From Selaginella moellendorffii (lineage: Eukaryota > Plantae > Lycopodiophyta): a DNA stretch of 64,000 bases. A program made the translations under genes and the position numbers. The stretch spans positions 166,908 to 230,907 of the forward strand of contig NW_003314300.1 of assembly GCF_000143415.4 (NCBI RefSeq), written 5' to 3'. Position 1 is the first letter of the stretch; every line of letters starts with the position of its first letter. The notes below the pieces were generated by a model, which was given only the letters and a program-made list of their open reading frames with translations, was not told the origin of the DNA and ran no database searches. This document shows positions 22,377 to 36,500 of the stretch, piece after piece.

Positions 22377-22914
22377 TGCCAATGTTACTTGTAAAGCAAA
22401 GGTAAGAGACAAGAAATACTTTTAACGAATTGAAGGGACTTTATGAGAACTTGAGTTAAAGAAGCACAGTTCTCACCTCAGTATGAAATATTAGATAGAA
22501 TATACTTAAATAGTTTAAGAATATTTATCTAATCTAAAAAGGAATCCTTCCAGAATATCGACAAAGTTGACTTCTTGTCAAAGGGAAAAAGAAATGGTTC
22601 TTTCACGCGCATTCGTCTGCCGGAAGTAGAATGATCAGCGCGCGGGGAGAAAAAGTCTATGATTTCGCGTTTCCAAAGACCACGAATAATATAAGCGTGT
22701 CAACACCAATATCCAACAAAGTATGTGGGCGTCCATTGTCGGCTCGCGATCATTACCTCCATGATCCATCCGAGACGATGTAACTTTATTCAAAAATAAC
22801 GAAAGTGTCCGAAGATATGGTGGAATCTAAGAAGAAACTCATGAGAAATTTCGGCATGGTGAGACTGTACAAACCAAATAGTATCTCTTTGCGAGTATAT
22901 ATAACCTGAGATGA

Positions 22915-24194
<1,280 letters not shown>

Positions 24195-24532
24195 GAACTA
24201 GATTCCGTAACCTTGCACTTAGTACAGTAGCTATCCAGAACAACTTGAAAGTTCACAAAAAATTTGTTCACTTTCATTCCATCCAAGAGATACCAATGTA
24301 TGCTCTAGTGAAATTTCACCTTCCAAGTTATAGTCATAATCTTTGACACATTATGTACAAAATGCTGTCCCCTATGTACGGACACTGATGCCATTCCGTA
24401 CGAGAGATTATTTACCAGCGTTGGATTCTTTGGGCTGTCAAAATAACACTCAAATTTTCCAGTCCGTACAAGAGATGCCGTGTACGGATAGTTTTTTATA
24501 AACCTCACTCGCAGCTGCAAAAGCCCTAGAAA

Positions 24533-27500
24533 ATGATGGACGCGCGCGGGGGATTCATGGAGGATTTCGGGCAGAAGGTGGATCTCACGCAGCGGATCCG
24601 CGAGGTGCTGCTCAACTATCCCGAGGGGACGACCATCCTCAAGGAGATGATCCAGAACGCGGACGACGCGGGAGCGAGCCAGGTGTGTTTCTGTGTGGAT
24701 CGCCGCCGCCACGCCGTCGATTCCCTCGTCTCGCCGCCGCTGGCGCAGTGGCAAGGCCCCGCCCTCCTCGCCTACAACAATGCCGCCTTCACGGAGGAGG
24801 ATTTCCAGAGCATTTCCAGGATTGGCGACAGCAAGAAGCGCGGCCAGGCGTGGAAGACTGGTCGATTTGGGTAAGAAATTTTCTTCTTCCAAGATGCGCT
24901 TCTTTCTAAGCGAGCTTGTGGTTTCTAGGATTGGATTTAACTCCGTGTACCATCTCTCGGATCTGCCATCGTTTGTGAGTGGCAGTCACGTCGTCTTCTT
25001 CGATCCGCAGTGCCAGTTCTTGCCGAGTATATCGTCGCTAAATCCTGGCAAACGCATTGACTTTGTCACTTCCACGGCTCTCGAGAACTTTCCCGACCAG
25101 TTCTCGCCATACTGTGCTTTCGGCTGTGACATGCGACGTCCTTTCGGAGGTACTCTCTTTAGATTTCCATTGAGATCTGCCGAGCAAGCCGCCACCAGCA
25201 AGCTTTCCAAGCAGTCGTATACTTCCACTGACATGCTGGAGCTTCTCCGCGATTTATATCACGAGATTGTACAGGTGATGCTCTTCCTCAAGAACGTCGA
25301 GCGCGTAGAGTTTTACGAGTGGAGCGCCGGTTCTAGCTCCCCGACTCTGCTTTACTCGTGTGCCGTGAGGCTGCCAACTTCCGAGATAAGATCGCACAGG
25401 CAGCTGTTTCTGAGGCTTTCCAAGGGAAAAGACGCTGCTGCTAGCGAAGAAACGAAGGATGTTTTCAGATTGGAGCTGGTTACCAAGGCTTACACAGGGG
25501 CTGACAGCGGCAAGGAAAGTTTGAGCTCGTTTCTTATCTCGCAAGCTATGGGGTCTTCCGCTAGCAGAATTGGTGCTCTGGCTACAAATGCTTTCAAGAG
25601 TTATGGCCTGCGTCTTCTTCCTTGGGCATCAGTAGCTGCATCTATTTTACCCGGTAAGGTCAGTATATATTGTCTACTTGTTTTGAGAGAAATGATCTAA
25701 CCACCTTTGTAGGAATGGAGGTCGAAGGTCGCGCGTTTTGCTTCCTTCCGCTTCCTATAAAAACCGGGATGCCGTTTCACGTCAACGGATACTTCGAGCT
25801 CTCGGCAAATCGACGAGATATATGGCACGGTTCCGACATGGACAGGATGGGAAAGCTTCGCTCAGATTGGAACCAGTGTGTTTTGGAGGATGTTGCGGCA
25901 CTGTGTCTGCGACAGCTTCTTCTGGAAGCTCGGAAGCTTGGCCCGGGAGCCACGTACAGTTCTATGTGGCCACTGGGAAATTCGGGGGCTCCGTGGATCA
26001 AACTCGTGCAGCACTTTTATCGGAGCATTGCCGCAGAGCCACTTCTTCATTCCAGAGTTGCAGAAGGGAAATGGTTGTCACCAATGGAAGTTCTGTTCCA
26101 CGACGAAGAGTATGAGAAGGCCGAGGTACTGGCTGACGCACTTGTAGCGGATGGTTTGCCTCTTGTCCGTTTGCCGAAGCCGCTAAGAGACGCAGTCTTC
26201 AAGTTTTGCGATGCCGAGTTTAAAGTCGTCACACCATTTTCCGTGAGGACTCACTTCTTGAAGAGCAAGCGACAGAAGGGTCCAGCAGAGAGGTCTCATC
26301 TCTTTGCAATTCTCGACTACTGCTTATCGGATCTCGTAGACGAAGAAGCAGCAGAACATCTGAGAAGACTCCCTCTCGTTCCTTTACAAAGTCTGGGAAC
26401 AGGACGGTTTGCCTTAAAAGGCGAGGAGTGCTCATATTTTTTATGCACCGCCTTGGAGATCAGGCTGTTCAAAGGTATACCCGACAAGCTTGTCGACGAA
26501 AATCTTCCTCCCGGGCTGGTTGCGAGGCTCAACAACATTGCAAGAACAGGTCGGAGCAATATTTGTTTGATTGACGATACAACTTTGGCCGAGATTCTGC
26601 AGTACGTACTACCTCCTGAATGGAAAAATGGTGGTGAGATACGTTGGCAGCCTGGGCTTAGGAAGCAGCCTTCGAAAGAGTGGCTTGGTTTTTTCTGGGA
26701 GCATCTCGCTGCTCAACAACGAGATTTATCGAAGTTGCAGCAGTGGCCAATACTACCAACGACCACAGGGACGTTACGAAGACCTGTCCGTTTCTCGGGG
26801 ATTCTCAAAGGCGGCAAGATAAGCAGCAGTTTGGAAGGTGTTTTCATCAAAGCTGGCTGCTTGTTCTTGGACACACAGGTGACGCTCGACCATCCTCAGC
26901 TGTCGAGATATGTTCTTGATCCCACTGTCGCGGAAGTTTTGGATGCCATTGGATTCAGCGCCGCTAACAATCTCTCAAAACTTGCAGAGAGTTTTACTGC
27001 TCTCTCTGGTTTGGAAAGGAGAGAACTCAGGGCTTTTCTATACGACGTGTGCTGGGGTAGCAGGAATGAGATGAACGAGTCTCGTCTACAGATATTCAAG
27101 ACGCTACCGATATTCGAGGCCTACCGTGATTTGGGAACAAGGGATCTGGTTTTCGTTTCCTTAGAAGGTGGTAAGAAATTCTTGCCACCTAGTGGAGTGG
27201 ACGAGACACTCTTGGGACCGGACTGTTTGCATTCAAGTGGCTCACGGGAGCACGAAGTTTTGACGCAGCTGCTAGATGTCATGCAACTCAAGAAGGCAGA
27301 TTTTTTCAAATGGAGGATACTGAGCGACATAAGTAATCTTCCTACAGAGCTGCGGGACCTGTCAATGCTTCAAATTCTTCGTGAACTTCCGGAGCTAAGT
27401 GTCGAAGATCGTTCTCTCGTCGGTATTCTCAAGAAGCTCTCGTTCGTGCCTACCGGAGCCGGCAAGTTTCGAGCGCCAGATGCTCTTTACGACCCAGAGA

Positions 27501-30500
27501 TTCCGGAGCTTGTGAGCATTTTGGACAGCCAGCAGTTTTTTCCATCCCCCGACTACTCTAGTCCCGACGTCCTTCAGAGTTTGCGCCATCTGGGACTGAG
27601 AAGTAGCGTCACTCCAGACACTATACTGGCCAGTGCCCGAGCTATCGAGGGGCTCTCGGCAAGTGTTCCTGACCAGGCAACTTTACGAGGGCGTGTTCTA
27701 CTGTCGTACCTCGACAAGAACGCAAGCAAGTGGCTGCAAGAAGCAGGAACCAACTGGATACTTTCAATTCTCCAAGGCGAAAAGGACTCTACGCTGTCGA
27801 AGTTTTGGAGTGAACTGGCCAACATATGCTGGTGCCCGGTGCTACTGGAGCCACCTCACGATCAGATGCCTTGGCCAGTGGTCTCACAGTCTTTAGCACC
27901 ACCAAGGCTAGTGAGGCTGCCTTCCGATATTTGGCTTGTCTCGGCGACCATGCGAATACTAGACGGACAGTGCGACTCTCCAGGATTATGTCAACGTCTT
28001 GGATGGAGTTCCAAGCTAAGTGGCAATATACTGGCTGCTCAGCTACTGGAGCTTGGAAAAGGTGACAACTTCAAGCTGAGGAAAATTCTAGCTACAACTG
28101 TTCCGAAGATCTACTCTATGCTGAGCGATATGCTGGGAAGTGACGAGATGGAAATCGTGAAGGCCATTCTCGAAGACCGTTCCTGGATATGGGTTGGAAG
28201 CAGGTTCGCAATGGCCAGGGAAGTTGTTTTCGATGGAGCTTTGCACTTGACTCCTTATCTTCACGTCGTTCCAGCTGATCTCGCTGCTTTCAAGGAGCTT
28301 TTTCTGGAACTTGGGGTGAAGGAATCGCTAGACCCGGCAGGCTACAGTACGATCCTTGCTGTTATTGCAAGTGAGAAGTGTGGAGATCCCTTGGACTCTC
28401 GGCAACTAGCTGCGGCTATCTGGATCGTACAACATCTAGCAGACACGAACTTTGGCGAGCAGGGGAAGGAAATTGTTATTCCAGACTGCGATGGCATCCT
28501 CTTGCCGTCGTCTCAGCTTGTCTACAACGATGCCCCCTGGCTCGTGGCCTCCAAGGACATTCCAAACAAGAAGCTAGTGCATTCGAAGATTTCCAACGAC
28601 GTCGCCGAGAAAGTTGGTATCGCTTCCGTTCGAGAGTCGCTGCTTGCCAAAAGTGCCGACTTCGTGGACCTGGGACTGCATGGTGGTATGGAAGCCTTTG
28701 GACAGAGTGAGTCGCTGACAAGCCGGCTAAAACACATCGTAGAGATGTATGCGGACGGACCTGGGACGCTGTTCGAGCTGTTGCAAAACGCAGATGATGC
28801 CGGTGCCACGGAAGTGAGCTTTCTCCTCGACAAGTCTTCCTTCGGCACAAACTCCGTCCTCTCCCGGCAAATGGCTGACTGGCAGGGGCCAGCTCTCTAC
28901 TGTTACAACGATTCCGTTTTCAAGCCGGAGGACTTCTATGCAATATCACGCATCGGCCAGAACAGCAAGCTCGACAAGCCGTCCGCCATTGGGAGATTTG
29001 GCCTTGGCTTTAACTCTGTCTACCATTTCACCGACGTGCCAAGCTTTGTATCAGGTTCAACGATTGTGCTGCTTGATCCACACGCTGATAACCTTCCAGG
29101 CATCTCTCCTGCTCAACCAGGTTTGAAGATTAACTTCGTTGGCAAGGAACTGCTCAATCAGTTCCCTGATCAGTTTGAGTCTTTCCTCCTCTTTGGATGC
29201 GACCTCCAGAAGCCTTTTCTAGGCACTCTATTCCGTTTTCCGCTGAGGACAACAGTGACTGCTGCTCGGAGCGAAATAAAGCAGGATCCGTATCAACCTG
29301 AGGACGTCGTCACACTTTTCTCGGCTCTCAAGAAGTCTGCTGGCGAAGTTTTGCTGTTCCTCCGGCATGTAACGTCGATAAAGCTGTACGTACGTGACGG
29401 TTTACATGCCGAGGTTCAGGAGATATTCAAGGTTCACAGGGAAAATGCTGATTACCAGGAAACCAGCCTCTACGAGTTTGTCACTGGTAACACCCGGCAG
29501 AAATACGACAAGGAACAGTTTGTGAAGCGACTGGAAAAAACTGCAGACAAGCAGCTGCCTTGGTGTTGCGGGAAGATCAGGATAGAGGTAGCAGCTCCGG
29601 ATGGCAACTCTTCCTCGTCCTGGCTTATATGTAGCTCCTTTGGTGGAGGGAACGCAAAGGAGTTTGTCATATCGCCAGCTAACCGAAGCAGAGGATTCGT
29701 TCCATGGGCTGGGATTGCTGCCAGGATGTCCGAAGATGGCAGCATTGAAGTCAAAGAAGATGAAAGAGGTCCAGTGTCCGTGGAGGGCCGAGCATTTTGT
29801 TTCCTGCCTCTCCCGGTTGTCGTCGGGCTTCCAATACACGTAAATGGCTACTTCGAACTATCTGCAAATCGGAGAGATATATGGTATGGTGGTGACATGG
29901 TTGGAGGAGGAAAGCTCAGGTCGCAGTGGAACAGTTTTCTTCTTCAGGATGCAGCAGCTCCTGCGTATGCTCGGCTTCTTCATCGTGCTTCTCGCGAGCT
30001 GGGACCTTCTGCGAGTTATAGTTCACTGTGGCCAACTCAGAGCGTTGGAGAGCCATGGAAGCAGCTAGTTACGCAGGTTTATAAAGCTGTGATCGACTTG
30101 GAGGTGCCTGTTCTGTTCACAACGTTAAGAGGTGGCAAATGGATCTCTGCGAAACAGGCCGTGTTCCCAGACTTTTCATTCCCGGAGATGACCGAGCTTG
30201 GCAATGCTCTTGTGGAAATTGGCCTTCCATTGATATCAGTCCCTGAAGCCGTGACTACGAGGTTCCGAGAAGTGTGCCCGTCCTTGAAGTTTTTCTCGCC
30301 TCGTCTTCTACAAAGGCTGCTGATCGCCAGCAGGCGAACTTTAGAGAGGCGGATCAGCATTCTGGCTCTGAAGTACTCCCTCTCTGATGTCCAGAGCTCA
30401 GCGGATGAAAGCAAGCTATATGGCTTGGCCTTGGTTCCTCTATCAGATGGTTCGTTTGGAACGCTCAACTCAAGATCTACTGGGGAGAAGATTATATTAG

Positions 30501-33500
30501 CAGGTGGAGACGATCACAGGCTACTTAAAGATGCTCTCCCACACATGCTCGTGGATCCTGAAGTTGGAGAGGACATATCCCTCAAGATGACAGACATGGC
30601 TGCGAATGCCGTATCAAATGTTTACGTGATGACTCCTCTCATTCTCCAAGAGCTTCTTCCTCTGGTGCTACCACTGGAGTGGAGTGGACAGGATATCGTT
30701 ACGTGGACTCCCGGTACTCGTGGTCATCCAAGTACCGATTGGATGCTTCTCTTCTGGCACTACATCGCTCGTCATCGTGAGAGCTTATCGAACTTTGAGA
30801 GCTGGCCTCTCTTGCCGACAACAGATGATAAGCTTGTGAGGATGTACAAGGGTGGCTCGATCATCGTCAATGATGGATGGAGCGAAAACATGACCAGTCT
30901 GCTCCAGAAAAGTGGCTGTTTCCTACTGAAAGGTGACCTTCCAGTGCAGCTGCGAGACCACGTACAGGCTGCAAGTGCACACGGCATCCTCCTTGCCTTT
31001 TTCGCGGCAGCCGGAGGAAACTTAAAGATGGTGCCAACTTTGCTCAGGGACTGCTCGGCATTTGAAGTGAGGGAGCTCAGGCATTTTCTGTTTCAAGAGA
31101 AATGGTTTGCTCTGGGACAGATGGACGCTGTGCAGCTCCAAGTGCTCAAGATGTTGCGCCTGTTTGAAAGCGGAGGGGACTTCATTTGTATAGCCGAGTC
31201 CGAGCAGCTGATTGCGCCCGACGGGATCGATGGACAGCTGCTTGCAGATATGTTTATTCAAGCTGAGACTGGGAAAGAGGAGCACATTTTGCAAACGTAC
31301 CTCGGCTTGAAGAAGGTGGACAAGAAAGACTACTTTGCAAGCTACTTCGTCGACTGTATCAAGCAAGTCTCGGAAGGTGACAGGATGAAAGCCTTTCTAA
31401 AAGTCTCGAAGGAGTTGGCTCTGTTCATCGGAGAAATGGAGGAGGCTGCTCTTGCATCGTTATCTCAACTTGCTTTCGTGCCAACAGGATCGAATGCTAT
31501 CGAGGCACCTGAGAGGTTTGCCATTTTTTTTTCCTTCTTTGATTTCTCTTAACACGCATGGCTGTGCAGGCTTTACGATCCCAGGATTTCGGAGCTGCTG
31601 ACGCTCCTTGACAGAAAAGCATTTTTTCCGGCCCATGAGTTTCAAGCGGCTGATCTACTAGACGTACTGGTTGTCCTGGGCCTCAGAAAGTCACTCAAAC
31701 AGGAAGGTCTCTTGGACAGTGCTCGATCGGTCGGAATGATCAGTGCCACGGACGATTCCGAAGCAAGTCGGAGGGGAAAGGCGTTACTTGCTCATATGGA
31801 TGGCCTTGCAGTCAGTGACGAGTCCGTGCCAGTGGTTGGGAGGAGCTTATCTGACATAGACTCTCACTTCTGGGTGGAACTTTCAAGCATCAGCTGGTGT
31901 CCTGTCCGTGGAACGTCTCCGAATCAACTTCTTCCTTGGCTACCTGGACAATTGCCGCTCGTCGCATCTCCAAAGCTTGTGCGGCCAGCGTCAGATATTT
32001 GGCTTGTTTCGGGAGCAATGCGGATTCTTGACGGTGATTGTAGCTCGTTTCTTCAGGAGAAGCTTGGGTGGACTCAGACACTCAAGGCCAACGTGCTAGC
32101 TCATCAGCTTATAGAACTCTCCAAACGCTATAGCAGGGATGTTTTGGACGAAGAAACGACCTTGACATTATCAAGCAGTGTGAAAGACATTTACAAACTT
32201 CTCCAGGGATTTTCGAAGTCCGACGAAATGCTGATCATTCAGTCGATGGTGGAAGGACACGCCTGGTTGTGGATTGGTGACGGTTTCATCCGTGCCAAAG
32301 AGGCAGCGTTTGATTCACCGGCACACTTCTATCCTTACCTTCACGTCCTGCCGGTCGACTTTCTCGAGTTTAAGGAGCTCTTTACAAAGCTGGGCGTACG
32401 CGAAACATTTTCTGCCGGTGACTACGTCAGTATCCTTGAACGTGTAGCTGCCGACGTCAAAGGTGACGCTCTCAGCCCGGAGCAGCTTACGTTCGTTTTA
32501 AGTGTTCTGGGGACTCTGTCGGAAGTTCTTGAAACAGCTGACCGCTCCATCTACGAGTCGATACTGATCCCGGATGCTGTTTCACAGCTCGTTCCTGCGA
32601 AGGCTCTAGTGTACAACGATGCGCCGTGGCTCAGTGAAGATGGCTCACAAGCCGGTGGCCTTAGGCTGGTGCATCCAGACGTTGACAACAATCTGGCGAG
32701 GCAACTTGGAGCAAGGTCGCTCCGTTACTTGTCAGTGGTGGATCAAGAGATGACGAGCAGCTTGCCATGCCTTGGGATTGGCAAGATAAACGAGCTGCTT
32801 GCGAAGTTTGGCGCTGGTGGCGATGAAGAGATGCTGCTTTTCGATCTTCTTGAAGTGGCAGATTGTTGTCAAGCTCGAAAGGTGCACTTCGTATATGACC
32901 AGACAGACCATCCTAAACAGTCGCTTCTACAACCAAACATGAGTAAGACTTTGTGACAAGAATGTTTGAATTTAACTTCGATTGCTTTCTCTGTTGTAGG
33001 CGATTTTCAAGGACCGGCATTGCTTGTTGCTTTTGAAGGCGTTAACTTGACAACGGAGGAAATATGCTCACTTCATACGAGTCCACCTGTTAAGTTCCAT
33101 GGACGAGCATGCAGATATGGAACTGGCTTGTTTGGTTCTTACCAAATAACTGATCTGCTGATGGTGATATCCATGGGCTGTCTATATCTTTTCGATCCAT
33201 CTGGTCAAGTACTGGCGCCAGCTCTCGCAGATGGGAGGAAAGATCCGACAGGAAATCCCATTGGAAAGGCATTTTCTTTGCAAGGTAAGCAAACTTTGTC
33301 CTTTAAATTTCTCTCGTAATATCTTTGGTCGTCTTCTAGGTACTGGTCTCTCCGAAAGGTTCAGCGACCAATTTCATCCTTTCAACTTAAATGAGGAACT
33401 CTCGTTGGATTCTACTAGTGTTACATTCTTTCGCTTGCCTTTGCATCCTGGAAAGGCCAACATAGCTGAGAAGGTTCCAAATATGTTTCATAGTCTCAAG

Positions 33501-36500
33501 AAATACGCTTCAACCAGCATACTGTTTTTGAAATCTGTGGAAAAGGTAAAGTTCTTGAAACTTTCTTTTTAGTGTGCTGATGTTTCTTTAGGTGGTGATA
33601 TCGGAACAAACCATTATTGAGCCTTTTCATGAAGTTTTCTCAGTGTCCGTAGGCTCTGCATTTGCAGCACTTCGTCATCCTTTTCAGGAAAAGAATTGGC
33701 GGAAGTTTCAACTCTCAAATTTCTTTGGCAGCTCGAACACCGTGACAAAAACTCATACGATTGATGTTTTTCTGAAGGAAGATGGCAACACAAGAATGAC
33801 AAAATGGCTAGTTGTCCAAAGTTTATCTTCTGGACAAACTCGAGACATGGCCTTGGACAGGTAGCTACGTACATTCTATTCCTTGTGTATACTCATCTTA
33901 AGTCGTTGTCTTGCAGGAGATACTTACATTATCAGCTTACTCCTATCGCTGGTGTTGCAGCATGTATTTCCGTCGACGGCCGAATGATAGAAGAAGCAGT
34001 ATGCTCCCACAACTCTATACTGTGTCCTCTTCCAGTGACTCTCAACTTCAACATACCAGTTACAATTTTTGGCAACTTTTTACCGTTCACGGCTGGCGGT
34101 CGGTACTGCTTTGACGAATCGCTTGGGGAGTATCCCGTCAAAGTTGGAATGCTAGGAACACACTCTGGGCCCGGATTCTCAGACGATATCCTCCGAGCTA
34201 CATGGAACCGACAGTTACTTTCCTGCGTTTCTCACTCCTACATCGAGTTGCTGCAAGAACTTCAACACCTGCAACTTATTGGACAGGCGAGTAGCTCCGA
34301 AGGAAGCAGCAGTTGGAGTTTCTATTCACTTTGGCCACGATCTGCAGCTGCTACTAGTTCCAATGATTCTCGGTGCTTGGCAAAATGGCTGATCAAGCCT
34401 ATGTACGCAAGGCTGGTGGATATGCCTCTATGGCAGCTGCATGGGGGAAGCGGCATGGTAAAATACAGTGATGGTGTTTTCGTTGCTCCGTCTGGGCAGG
34501 GAGTCGCACCAAAGGCATCGGTTTCCGACTTTCTGAAATCTCACCACCGGATATTTACAGTTCCTTGGGAGCTTGGAAAGGAAGTGGAAGGAGCTGTTGG
34601 CGTGCCAATGAAGGAGCTCAAACCGCAAGCTTTGAGAGCTCTAATGAAAGTGCCGTCGGTAGCAGCTGCCGTTCAGTCTCTTACCACTCAGATCGATCTT
34701 CTCGAGTATTGCTGCATGGATGCAGTCCAGCAAAGTTTTGACGTGACAAGAGAGGGTGGAGTTCCTGACGACTTGGAACTCAGTAACACGGTCTTGGCCG
34801 AGCTGAAAGGTGTAACATGTCCCACGGCGAATGAGTTTATGGTTAAGCTAGGGACGCTGGAAGTCTGGGTGGCAAGTCGAGAGGAGCAACTTCTCCTTCC
34901 TGCGTGCATGAAGAGGTTTCTACACCCTTTGTGCTTGGAGCGGCCTCTTCTGGCGGCATTATTCTACAACAAGGCTTTCCAGCGTCGCATGAACTTGAGA
35001 CAGTTCTCGCCACAAGTTATAGCCGCGAACATATGGACGGTTCTTCCAAGAAGCTGGGCCTCGGCTTCAACTCCTTCAGTGGACTGGAACCAACAAGAAC
35101 CTTCAGCAGAATGGATACGAAATTTATGGACCAACGTCGATCCTACTTCTGTCGACGACTTATCACTTCTCTCCGCAATGCCGCTTATTCCTGCAACGAT
35201 TGACTCGAGAAACGCTCTAGTGCGTGTTGGACAAAGCAAGCTTACATTTGTTCCTCCTCTCACGTTATCAACCGACGAGGAAACGAATGGTGATTTCTCG
35301 AAGGCATGCGCCAGAGCTTTGGCCGAGGTTGACGAGGGATATCCCTGGCTGGTCTCCGTTCTAGGCAAGCTCGGCGTTCCAGTATACCACAGTGACTTTA
35401 CGGACTGCCGTGCTTTACAATGTTGCCTTTCTGAGCCGGGGAGCCCACTGGTAGATATAGTCGTCTCTAAGTTCCTTGCGCTTGAGCAAGCTGGTTTTTG
35501 GCTTGCAAGAGAGGCATCTCTATCCCCGGACGAATGCAAGGAGCTCTACGCTTTGGTGGCAACAGTGGCTTTATATCACGATCCAGATGAAAATTCACTG
35601 TCGAGCCAGGAACTCTCGTTGCTACAGTCGCTTCCAATCTATGAAACCATCCGAGGCAGCTACGTAAAAATCGATCCAGCAGTTTACTATACGGTTTCTT
35701 CCGAGACTTTCATACAACCTGACGATGAGCACCGCTTGTCCGGGAGAGGAGACGCGTTTTATCAACTGTTGGGAGTTCCAAACCTTGGAAATACTGGAAT
35801 ACTTGTTCGGTATGCCTTGCCAAACTTCAACCAGCTAAGTAGCAGCGAGCAGGAAGCAGTGATGGCTTACGTCTATCGAGACTGGGATAACATTAAGGAC
35901 TCTGCCGTGGTCAACGCCTTGAGATCTACAAAGTTCGTCACCTCGGCATCGACCGTTCCTACCAACTTAAGTTCTCCACAAGAGCTCGTTGATCCAGAAA
36001 ACGTTCTACTCAAACAAATCTTCGCGGAGGAACGCTCAAGGTTTCCGGGTGGCAGGTTTGGGACTTCGCGATGGCTACATATATTACGTCGCTGCGGTCT
36101 GTGCTCACTCAAGGATCCAGCATTGATCGTGGAGTGTGCTAAAAAGATCGAAGAACTTGGGAAACGGGATTTACACTCGGACCGATTAGCTATACTGAAA
36201 ATTGAGACCAACGGATCCAGTCGGAACGTCTCGGATGCAGTTTGGTCGATGGCAGGCATGCTGGTGGAAGAGATTATGAACAACTTTGCCGCGGTCTACA
36301 ACAGCAACTTCTGTGATAAACTTAGTAACATTGCGTTCGTTCCAGCAGAGAATGGGATTCCAAGCGTAGCTGGAGGAAGTCCGAACCGGGTACTTGCGTC
36401 CTATAACGAAGCTATCTTGGTGAAAGATTGGCCGCTCGGATGGACTTGCTGTCCTGTGCTTTTTCGACCGAACTCGGTGCCTCCACAGTTCGCTTGGGGA

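Larger units (their letters stand above)
16710..22401. repeat. Left arm of a large inverted duplication (partner 54879-61560)
   Basis: Colinear reverse-complement matches throughout, e.g. 16710-17120 vs 61120-61560, 17311-18400 vs 59120-60274 and 21590-22401 vs 54879-55860. Confidence 0.95.
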